DNA of 64,000 nt from an uncultured bacterium (GTDB taxonomy: Bacteria > Fermentibacterota > Fermentibacteria > Fermentibacterales > Fermentibacteraceae). Below the pieces are notes generated by a model, which was not told the origin of the DNA, did not search any database, and saw only the letters and a program-made list of their open reading frames with translations. Below are positions 54,430 to 62,423 of this stretch, in pieces. Position 1 is the stretch's first letter; every line of letters begins with the position of its first letter. The stretch covers positions 96,451-160,450 of the forward strand of contig CAZMAT010000003.1 of assembly GCA_964564435.1 (NCBI GenBank), written 5' to 3'. The position numbers and the translations under genes are program-made.

Positions 54430-57120
54430 AGTGGGGCACAGGTCCTGTTCAGCAGCACCGTGCTCTCACCCTGAGTCTGTAGTTCTCGAAGCCCTTGAAG
54501 CCGTTGATGCTCCTGGAGATCTGATTTATCAGCTTGTTTCTGCTTCCGCAAAACAAGCTGGCTGCTATCGGCTCATCACTCTGTGTATCCACGCTGGGTA
54601 AGCTGATAATGTACGTCTACAGAAAATCTGCCCGCTTGTAGTCAACTACACTGTGAAGTCTTGATTGTCGACCCATCAGAGAATCCATTGCGCTTCTACA
54701 AGCAACAGGTTCAAGATCATTTCTCTGTAAGCAACGACGAGTTCTCCATCGATCCTGTGTTTCGAATCTGACGGACGCGGAAGCGTAAAAGGGCTCTAAG
54801 TCAATGTAGCAATCGACATTGGGCAACTACTTATATGCGGTATGATGCCGTGCTGGTCAGTATTCGACAGGCCATACCCATGCGGCTTCTTCGGACATTT
54901 GGTTGACATGGTTGCTCCCGCATACTAGTCATCGATCACTACTCACACTGAGTAACAACAGTTGCGGCATCTTCAGGGGGGTTGACGATGGGCATCGCCT
55001 TGGTTGCGCTTATCGTTACCGGAACACTGAACCTCACCAGTTATAACGTATGGAAACCGGCTTCGTGGAACAGGGCAGACGCTCGGGATCTGGTGATATC
55101 ATCTGTAACGGGTAATCCGGTTGTTGCAGGAGGCAGATGAAACATAGTCGGAGGCTCCGGTGGAGCCGATGAAGGAGAGTTCCGGGTCTGGGAATTTGAT
55201 CTTGCATCGCTTGGAACAACACCTCCTGCTGGTAGTGAGCCCTATCTATGGACATACGCGTATGCTGGAAGCACTGACTACTCTTCTCAGAAAGCACATG
55301 CACTTACTGCGTACGGATCCACGGAAGAAAACGAGAGCTACCTCGTAGCCGGCCATGACCACTACTGGCTCGGTCCGGTGCCGCACCTGCTCATATCGGA
55401 CTTGTATGTAGCAGGTGGATCTTCTCCCATTGGATCAGACCATCAATTCGAACGACCTGGTTCTGTCATGCCCGAGGCGAATGACATAGTCTACATTGAT
55501 GACATCAGTTCATTCGTCACCGGCTCTACCGGTGCAGGAATGGCTACCTGCGGAACCTATCGCCCAGGCGAAGGGTATCCCAAGCAGCCTTTCCTTCAGA
55601 TATCGGACATCGATGACTATTCGACGGTCTTCCCTGGTCTTTCGTCATCATCCTGGGGAAGAAGCCTCGGAGCAGTAGTATACGACTCGGAAAACAGCAT
55701 CATCGTTGCAGCCGGCATGTCTACGGGTTCGCCTTCAACGAATAGAATAGATAGAATAGTGATCTGCGGCTATAACCGATTCATAGGAGCCGTCGAGAAC
55801 TCCTTCTCGCTTGGCAGCTGCTTCTTAAGTGAAAACGAAGTCGAAGCATACAGACCGCCTCTTGTGGATCTCGGCGGAGGATTCTATCTGTATTTGACCA
55901 GCATACAAGGGCCGGTGGACATCTCGGGTTACTCATGGCACGGAGTTATCGCTACATTGTGGAAGTACAGCAATAATGGCGGAGTCGCGTCGATCAACTG
56001 CGTATCAAGTGACATCTGCAGGATACAGAACATCGCCGGCTACAGCAAGTTCTCCGACTTCATACCATTTTCGATAGGGCTTACCGAGAGCTTTGGAAGT
56101 TCCGGCGGTGACGCTGTCGTGCTGATTAACTCTAGATACACAGATGCACGGGAAGAGATCGACCAGTCCCGCCTTGTTGTTGGTACCGTGAATGTTGTTA
56201 TGGGATCTTCGCCAACAGTTGATATTGCAGACGGAGTCAATGATTTCCAAACGATACGGATACTACCAGAGCAGGAGTTCCAATCGGGTTGCGCGTACCA
56301 GGCCATGCTGGGGAACGAATTTGTCTTTACCGATTGCAGCAGCAGTGAGGCTTTTTCTGGAACCGGAGTAGGTGTTTTCTACAAGAGCCTGACATGTCAT
56401 GATTACAAGAAGATCTGGCTCTTCCAGATATCGCCGTCGAACGCAGAGGCGTCGATTGTACCGATGACGGAGCGAGAAGACCAGACCTATCCAGCGTCAG
56501 AAGTGAGCTTCCATCTGACCTCTAATCCGGTAGTGGATGGCGTTGTCGAAATTGCCACGAATGGGACGATTTCGACAGGTACAGAGGCTTTGTTGTTTGA
56601 TGTTTCGGGGAGGATGATCGGTCGAACCAGCCCCGATGTCTCTGGCACTTTCAGAATCGCAAGCGTTCATGGATGCCCTCTGCCAACTGGTGTCTATACT
56701 GCCGTGGTTACCCAGAACGGGGAGGCGTGCTTCGTTAGTACATGCGCTGTCATTGACTAAATGACATAGTGCTGCGACCAGCTTTGTGGGCTGCGCCTGC
56801 GCAGCCCACAACCTTATTGCTAACTAGTGTGGACGACGCATTACAAAGAGACAAGGTTCAATATAAGCTAGATTGTGATATTCAACCGCTTCATAGTACA
56901 ATGGGTGAGTTTCCGGTGTTGGAGTCATTTTCTCGACAGCAGAGTTCTTCCCTTATGCCTTATCTCAGTCCAGATGCTCTAGCACTCAACCTTTGCTATC
57001 CCAGCTGCCAGCGGCCTTATCGATTCTCCTAACTAGAACGCTTTGATGCTCCAAGCCTGACCGTGCTGAACCATTTACAGAAACCCCAGCAGACTAACAT
57101 TCCAACAGGTGATCCATATC
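54430..57120. mobile_element. low-GC (~50%) islet adjacent to tRNA-Asp, bracketed by copies of the hairpin-repeat family, no recognisable mobility genes
   Basis: Sharp compositional drop against the ~68% GC background. Located 3' of a tRNA gene, with repeat copies on both borders (53863-54420 and 57125-57370). A single large ORF lies inside. Confidence 0.6.
54988..56760 (+). CDS. islet-encoded Ser/Gly-rich secreted protein with T9SS-type C-terminal sorting domain, containing an in-frame TGA at 55138
   Basis: ATG 54988 has an AGGGGGG RBS. Reads MGIALVALIVTGTLNL... (hydrophobic N-terminus) for 50 codons, TGA, then the same frame continues 540 codons. The C-terminus (NPVVDGVVEIATNG...ALLFDVSGRMIG...GVYTAVVTQNGEACFV) matches the Por/T9SS CTD pattern. 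A stem-loop with GGU-containing loop lies 12 nt after the UGA. The track reports only the 55378..56760 part. Confidence 0.5.
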
Positions 57121-57124
57121 AAGT

Positions 57125-57370
57125 GTGATCCTTGCATCAACGACCCTTCACTCACGCATACGTGGATTGATGATGTGGCCTGCACGGTTCTCACGCGGAG
57201 AACGTGCGAAAGCGAACAGGTTGCCCAGATACTCAAGCCGGAATACCCGTGCACTCGTGCCTGACGGAAACCTTGATCCGCCCGAGGTGGATCAAGGCAC
57301 GCCCTGTCGCGGTTTCCCTTCGGGAAACCACTGTCGGGCTACCCATCGATTCCGCTTCGCGAAATCGATG
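57125..57370. repeat. right-border copy of the hairpin-repeat family
   Basis: cgcggtttccc-ttcg-ggaaaccac tgtcgggctacccatcgattccgcttcgcgaaatcgatg parallels the 139-bp unit (gcagttttctgcgaaaactgctgttacgctacctatcgattccgccctgcgaaatcgatg). The upstream part has gcacggttc...gcgaaagcgaac similarity. Confidence 0.55.
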
Positions 57371-57381
57371 TGACGATCCGG

Positions 57382-57648
57382 CTACTCCAGCATGACCAGC
57401 CGGTGGGCCGAAGCTCCTGACTGCGTCGATATCCTCACGAGATAGACCCCCGGAGCGAAGCCGCCGATCCCGGTCTCGTTGACCCCGGCCGCCGCCGGGA
57501 TCGCAGGTGCTTCCTGCACGATCCTCCCCGAGACGTCGAAGACCGACACGTCCACGGCCGCCGCGGAACCGAGGACGAATCTCACGGTAGCCAGGCCCGC
57601 CGCCGGATTGGGGAAGACGCACGACAAGGATATGATCCCGTGGTGCAT
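57382..57648 (-). CDS. orphan 88-aa ORF consisting only of a T9SS-type C-terminal sorting domain (likely gene remnant)
   Basis: MHHGIISLSCVFPNPAAGLATVRFVLGSAAAVDVSVFDVSGRIVQEAP...GVYLVRISTQSGASAHRLVMLE shows the CTD pattern with no catalytic or cargo domain. It abuts the islet border repeat. Confidence 0.45.
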   Translation of the reverse strand: MHHGIISLSCVFPNPAAGLATVRFVLGSAAAVDVSVFDVSGRIVQEAPAIPAAAGVNETGIGGFAPGVYLVRISTQSGASAHRLVMLE

Positions 57649-57760
57649 CCAATATCCAACCGCCGTACGCCCCGGTCAATCGCATGAGGCCTGCACGGCC
57701 TGGATACTCTTCCGGAGGCTTTGGAACGTCGTATCTTCGGTGATCCGGAGGAGGTCGGCC

Positions 57761-58408
57761 TTGAAGAGACTCCCTGCCCTGGTCGCGATGCTCGCCCTCG
57801 TCCCCGCCGTGTGTCCCGCCGCCGCCGGGGACGGTCCGGTACCCCCGCTCTCCCCGCCAGTCCAGTCGGGATCGGGGGCCGGAGCTCCCGCTACGGTCGA
57901 GCAGTTCACGGAGGAGTCCGGAGACTGGTCCATCATGGGCGGGGGGAGCGTGACGGCGGACCGGCTCGTCTCGTTCCTCCTCGAGAACAACCCCGGTGCC
58001 GACAGCGGGAGGGTGGCGCTGCTCGCCTCGCTCTACGTCGAGGAGGCGGCGTTCGAGGGGGTCGACTCCGACGTGGCCTTCGTGCAGATGTGCCACGAGA
58101 CCGGCTTCCTGCGGTTCGGGGGGCTCGTGACGGAGGAGATGAACAACTTCTGCGGGCTCGGATCGACGGGGCCCGGGAATCCCGGGCTTTGGTTCCCCGA
58201 CGAACGCACCGGCGTGCGCGCCCACATACAGCACCTGAAGGCCTACGGATCCACCGAATCGCTGAACCTCGAGCAGGTCGACCCGCGCTTCGGGATGGTC
58301 AGCCCCCGGGGGAAGTCCCCCGATGTCTTCGGCCTCTCGGGGACATGGGCCTCCGACAGGCACTACGGGGAGAGCCTGGCGGAACTGCTCCTGCGGCTGC
58401 GGGGCTGA
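57761..58408 (+). CDS. secreted peptidoglycan hydrolase with glucosaminidase (FlgJ-like) domain
   Basis: TTG 57761 is preceded by GGAGGAGG. Signal peptide MKRLPALVAMLALVPAVC. Glucosaminidase-like core (FVQMCHETGFLRFGG...NNFCGLG). The track ORF is over-extended from 57479. Confidence 0.65.
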   Translation: MKRLPALVAMLALVPAVCPAAAGDGPVPPLSPPVQSGSGAGAPATVEQFTEESGDWSIMGGGSVTADRLVSFLLENNPGADSGRVALLASLYVEEAAFEGVDSDVAFVQMCHETGFLRFGGLVTEEMNNFCGLGSTGPGNPGLWFPDERTGVRAHIQHLKAYGSTESLNLEQVDPRFGMVSPRGKSPDVFGLSGTWASDRHYGESLAELLLRLRG

Positions 58409-58466
58409 CTCCCCGCAACCACCTCCGCCTGCCGACCCGGCCCGCTCCGATCCGGGGATCGCCCCT

Positions 58467-58955
58467 TCAGGCCCCCATGGTCCAGGCGCTGATGGCTTCG
58501 AAGCCCGACCTGGGGATCTGGAGCCTGAACGACTGCCTTCCGTCCGCAGGCTCCACCAGCATGACGACGGCCTCCTCCATGGATCCGGTCGGCCCCGCCA
58601 GGGTCTTCATCTCCGCCTTCCGGTCGGTGAGGGAGACCGAGACGCCGCTCTTCTCGAAACCGATGGGCGGGTATCCGCCCTCGTTGTGGCCGAAGACCAG
58701 GCGCCCCCGGTCCGTTGTGGCAGCCATGACGTTGATGCCGCGCTTGCGCACGCCGAGGACCTCGCCGACCTTGTCACCGATGGTCCTGTCGATGTCGTAG
58801 AAGCATACCCACATCGCGCTGACCTGCTCGCCCTCGGCCAGGCCGAACAGCTTGACATAGTACCCCCGGCCGCCGTCTCTACCGATCTTGAACCACCAGT
58901 ATCCGCCGACCGCGGCTATCGCGACGACCAGGACGACGATCTGGACGACTCCCAT
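58467..58955 (-). CDS. hypothetical N-terminally membrane-anchored protein
   Basis: MGVVQIVVLVVAIAAVGGYWWF TM anchor. GGGAGGG RBS 4 nt before ATG 58955; the track ORF is over-extended to 59078. Confidence 0.45.
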   Translation of the reverse strand: MGVVQIVVLVVAIAAVGGYWWFKIGRDGGRGYYVKLFGLAEGEQVSAMWVCFYDIDRTIGDKVGEVLGVRKRGINVMAATTDRGRLVFGHNEGGYPPIGFEKSGVSVSLTDRKAEMKTLAGPTGSMEEAVVMLVEPADGRQSFRLQIPRSGFEAISAWTMGA

Positions 58956-59152
58956 TCCACCCTCCCCCGGCCGGGCGCCCCTGCCCGGCTTTATCAGGCT
59001 CCCCTGGGAAGCCCGAAGCCCATGCATGTATCCCGAAGGATTTGTCCGGTCCGGCACCCGGTCAAGCCTCCCTGCCATGCATGCGGTACTGATCCACGAT
59101 CCGGCGGCTCATACGGATGTATCGATCGCCCGGCCCCGGGCCGGTGCGCGGG

Positions 59153-59196
59153 TTGACATCGCGGGCACGCCCCGCGATAAACGCGAATGATTCGCG
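59153..59196 (+). promoter_or_regulatory. putative promoter (TTGACA-17-GATAAA) plus 7-1-7 palindromic operator CGCGAATgATTCGCG overlapping the zur start codon (candidate Zur/Fur box)
   Basis: TTGACA 59153-59158, GATAAA 59176-59181, palindrome 59182-59196 spanning ATG 59187. An 8-bp inverted repeat atcgcggg/cccgcgat also lies in the spacer. Confidence 0.45.
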
Positions 59197-59645
59197 ATAT
59201 GGACGGAACCCTCGATTGCGACGGCGCCGGGATCACGCCCGAAGCCGTCCTGCACGGCCACGGCCTGCGCGTCACCTCGCTCAGGAGGTCGGTCATGTCT
59301 GCCTTTCTTGCTGCAGGGGGAGCTCTCTCGGCGGATGACCTGATGGCGAGGGTCGGCTTCGGGAGCCTTTCGAGCATCTACAGGGCGCTCGAGGCCATGG
59401 AGGCCGCGGGTGTGCTCGCGAGGTGCCCCGTCTCCGGCGGCGTGAGGCAGTTCTGCCTCGCACCGGGCAGGAGCTCGGGCCACAACCACTTCGAGTGCCT
59501 CGGCTGCGGCAGGGTGACCCACTTCGAGATGGACCTGCCCGAGGGATGCATGGACCGCGCACTGGGAAAGGGCTTCAGGGTGGAGAGCGCCTCTATCCAC
59601 CTTTCCGGCACCTGCCGCGACTGCGCTCGGAGGGCGAAGGGATGA
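59187..59645 (+). CDS. zur: Fur-family metalloregulator, likely Zur
   Basis: 152 aa with HNHFEC...CGRVTHFE and C-terminal CRDCAR metal-binding Cys/His motifs. Immediately upstream of znuACB with overlapping stop and start. Confidence 0.8.
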   Translation: MIRDMDGTLDCDGAGITPEAVLHGHGLRVTSLRRSVMSAFLAAGGALSADDLMARVGFGSLSSIYRALEAMEAAGVLARCPVSGGVRQFCLAPGRSSGHNHFECLGCGRVTHFEMDLPEGCMDRALGKGFRVESASIHLSGTCRDCARRAKG

Positions 59646-60469
59646 GGCGTTCCCTCGTTCCCATTCTCCTGACGCTGTCCGCCTGCAGGAACGCCCCGGC
59701 CCCCGTGGATGGTCTCGAGGTGGCGGTCAGCATCGCGCCGGAGGCCTATCTGGTGGAGGGCATCGCCGGCGATGCCGCCCGGGTGACCATAGTCGTCCCG
59801 CCAGGTGCGGATCCGCACTCGTACGAACCGACACCAGCGACGATGGAGGCTGTCGCGGACGCCGGCCTGTACCTCGCGATCGGCATGCCCTTCGAGGACC
59901 AGTGGCTCCCGAGGCTCCGGGGTTCGTCCCCGGGGCTAGAGGTGGTCCGGATCGACTCCGGGATCGACCGGACGGCCAATCCCGATCCCCACTTATGGAT
60001 GTCCCCCTCCCTGATGAGGATCCTCGCATCCAACACGTGCATGGCGCTCACGGCTGCTTCACCTGGCGACTCGGCACTGTTCGCCGGTGGCCTCGCCCGT
60101 CTGACGGCCGAGATAGACTCTGTGGACGCCGAGGCGGGCAGGATGCTCGAGGGGATGCGGGGGGCCTCGTTCACCGCCCTTCATCCCGCCTATTCCCATT
60201 TCGCCCGCGACTACGGCCTGGTGCAGATCGCCCTCGAGGTGGAGGGCTCCGAGCCCTCGCCGGCCGAGCTTGCCTCGATCGTACAGGCGGTGCGGGCTTC
60301 CGGCTCCAGGGTGGTGATCGTATCGCCCGGCTTCTCCACCGGAGCTGCGGGTGCGCTCGAGATGGAGCTCGGGATTCCCGCCGCGCCGCACGACCAGCTC
60401 TCGCGCGACTGGCCGGGATCGATGCTCGATCTCGCCAGGATCATCTCCGGAGGAGGTGGCTCGCAGTGA
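59642..60469 (+). CDS. znuA: zinc ABC transporter substrate-binding lipoprotein (ZnuA/TroA family)
   Basis: MRRSLVPILLTLSAC lipobox. TroA-like fold with the HSYEPTP metal-binding His and a second His (PHLWMSP). The track ORF is over-extended from 59423. Confidence 0.85.
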   Translation: MRRSLVPILLTLSACRNAPAPVDGLEVAVSIAPEAYLVEGIAGDAARVTIVVPPGADPHSYEPTPATMEAVADAGLYLAIGMPFEDQWLPRLRGSSPGLEVVRIDSGIDRTANPDPHLWMSPSLMRILASNTCMALTAASPGDSALFAGGLARLTAEIDSVDAEAGRMLEGMRGASFTALHPAYSHFARDYGLVQIALEVEGSEPSPAELASIVQAVRASGSRVVIVSPGFSTGAAGALEMELGIPAAPHDQLSRDWPGSMLDLARIISGGGGSQ

Positions 60470-61233
60470 CCACGGCTCCTCCCGTGGTGTGCCTGCGCAA
60501 GGTCACGTTCGGCTACGGGCCGGGCAGGCCCGCCCTCGACGGGGTCGACTTCGAGGTGGCCGTCGGAGACTACGTGGCGGTCATCGGGCCGAACGGGGGC
60601 GGGAAGACCACGCTCCTGAAGGTGATCCTGGGGCTCAGGACGCCCTGGTCGGGCACGGTCGAGGTGTTCGGAGGCCCGCCCGCGGCGGCGAGGGGCAGGA
60701 TCGGGTACGTGCCGCAGTGGAGCGGCGCCAGCCTCGACTTTCCAGCGACAGCTCTCGACGTGGTGATGATGGGCCTTCCCCCCAGGACCGGCGGACGGGC
60801 CGCGAAAGCGATAGCGCTCGACAGGATGGCGGACATGGGGATAGCCGGTCTCGCCGGGATCCATGCCGGGAGCCTCTCGGGCGGCCAGCGCCAGAAGGTG
60901 TACGTCGCCAGGGCGCTCGCGGGCGACCCGGAGCTGCTGCTTCTCGACGAGCCGGCCGCGAGCGTCGATCCCGCCGGCCAGGGCGGGCTCTACGACCTCC
61001 TTGCCAGGCTCAACGAGAAAGTGACCCTCGTTCTCGTCACCCACGACGTCGGAGCGGTCTCCGGTCAGGTGCGCTCGATCGCCTGCCTGAACTCGGAGAT
61101 GGTCAGCCACGGCGGCACGCTCGACACGGAGGCCCTCTGGAAGGCCTACGGCTGCCCGGTGGACCTCGTCTCCCACGGGACCCCGCACAGGGTTCTCGAA
61201 GCGGGCGCCCACGGAGGCTGCGGACATGCCTGA
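60466..61233 (+). CDS. znuC: zinc ABC transporter ATP-binding protein
   Basis: Walker A GPNGGGKTT, signature LSGGQRQK, Walker B LLLLDEP. GTG overlaps the znuA stop. Confidence 0.9.
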   Translation: MTTAPPVVCLRKVTFGYGPGRPALDGVDFEVAVGDYVAVIGPNGGGKTTLLKVILGLRTPWSGTVEVFGGPPAAARGRIGYVPQWSGASLDFPATALDVVMMGLPPRTGGRAAKAIALDRMADMGIAGLAGIHAGSLSGGQRQKVYVARALAGDPELLLLDEPAASVDPAGQGGLYDLLARLNEKVTLVLVTHDVGAVSGQVRSIACLNSEMVSHGGTLDTEALWKAYGCPVDLVSHGTPHRVLEAGAHGGCGHA

Positions 61234-62089
61234 GGCCCTGCTCAGGTTCGAGTTCCTGCAGCATGCAGTCCTGGCGATCCTGCTGGGATCGGTGGCCTGC
61301 GGCCTGATAGGCGGCCTGCTCTTCGTCAACAGGCTCTCGAGCCTCTCGGGCGGGATATCGCACGCGGTCTTCGGCGGTCTCGGCCTCTCCCTGCTCGCCG
61401 GCATACCCCCCCTGGCCGGCGCAACGGCTGCGAGCATCATAGCGGCTCTGCTGCTGGGCTTCATCTCCGCCAGGGCGAGGAGCCGGTCCGAGGCTGCGAT
61501 AGCAGCGGTCTGGTCGATAGGGATGTCGCTCGGCCTGATATTCGTGTCGCTGGCCCCGGGCTACAGGGGCGACCTGATGGGCTACCTCTTCGGGAGCGTG
61601 CTCGCAGTCCCGGCGGCGGACCTGGTGCTGACGGGCGCTGTCGATGCCGCCGCCCTCGCGTTCGTCCTCCTCTTCTACAGGCGCATCCTGTGCGTGTCCT
61701 TCGACCCCGAGTACGGAGCGACCCGCGGGATCGGCGCCGGCGCCCTCTACACCGCATTCCTCTGCCTCACCGGGCTCTCCGTGGTGGTTCTGATGAGATC
61801 GGTCGGACTTGTCATGGTGATCGCCCTGCTGACCATCCCCGCCGCATCAGCCCGCCTGCTCACCCACAGGCTCCCGGTGATGATGGCGCTCGCCTGCTGC
61901 TTCAGCGCAGTATCCGGGCTGGCCGGCCTGTACGCCTCCTGGGAGCTCGACTTGCCGGCCGGAGCCTGCATCGTGCTCGCAAGCGCAGCGCTGTTCGGCT
62001 GCATCTCCGCCGGCCGGGCCCTGTCCTCGCGCGCCCGGGGGTACGCAGCCGCAGACGCCGGACGGAGGGGCTCCCGAAGCGCCTCCTGA
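61226..62089 (+). CDS. znuB: zinc ABC transporter permease (ABC-3 family)
   Basis: 287 aa with ~8 TM helices typical of ZnuB/TroCD permeases. Confidence 0.85.
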   Translation: MPEALLRFEFLQHAVLAILLGSVACGLIGGLLFVNRLSSLSGGISHAVFGGLGLSLLAGIPPLAGATAASIIAALLLGFISARARSRSEAAIAAVWSIGMSLGLIFVSLAPGYRGDLMGYLFGSVLAVPAADLVLTGAVDAAALAFVLLFYRRILCVSFDPEYGATRGIGAGALYTAFLCLTGLSVVVLMRSVGLVMVIALLTIPAASARLLTHRLPVMMALACCFSAVSGLAGLYASWELDLPAGACIVLASAALFGCISAGRALSSRARGYAAADAGRRGSRSAS

Positions 62090-62195
62090 CGTCCTGTGGC
62101 ATTTTTCCGGAACCCCGTTCATAGTATGTGCCCCGGTCGGGAGGTCCTGTCCGGTTGACCCGTCCGGATACGCTGCTGCCAAGGAGGTCTCTGGG

Positions 62196-62423
62196 ATGAC
62201 TGAACTCGACAGGGCTAGACGTGAGGCCGGACGACTCGCCGATATGAAGGGCGTGAGCTACTGCGTGATCTCGCGGGAGGAATCCGGCAAGAAGGAGTAC
62301 AGGATCGCCTGCATGGAGGGATTCGGCCTCCCCAGGGGCTGGATGCTCGAGGAGGTCATCAACCCGAGGGTGGAGAGGGTGGAGATCGAGCCCCCCGAGA
62401 ACATCGAGGACGACTCATTCTGA
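62196..62423 (+). CDS. small conserved hypothetical protein (paralog of 35729..35940)
   Basis: MTELDRARREAGRLADMKGVSYCVISREESGKKEYRIACMEGFGLPRGWMLEEVINPRVERVEIEPPENIEDDSF. GGAGG RBS 5 nt upstream. Confidence 0.5.
   Translation: MTELDRARREAGRLADMKGVSYCVISREESGKKEYRIACMEGFGLPRGWMLEEVINPRVERVEIEPPENIEDDSF

Noticed and set aside
53551-55140. Alternative genetic code (UGA=Gly as in Gracilibacteria/SR1, or UGA=Trp) to explain the two in-frame TGAs
   Set aside because: TGA is used as a genuine stop by many housekeeping genes here, including ispG, prmC, pgpH, ybeY and znuA, often in 4-nt start/stop overlaps that fix the reading frames. A genome-wide recoding is therefore excluded; only site-specific Sec insertion or pseudogenisation remain.
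54617-56306. Short minus-strand ORFs inside the islet (54617..54826, 55034..55303, 56005..56250, 56040..56306)
   Set aside because: All are shorter than 90 codons, lack an RBS, and overlap or lie antisense to the long T9SS-CTD ORF. They are likely chance ORFs in ~50% GC DNA.
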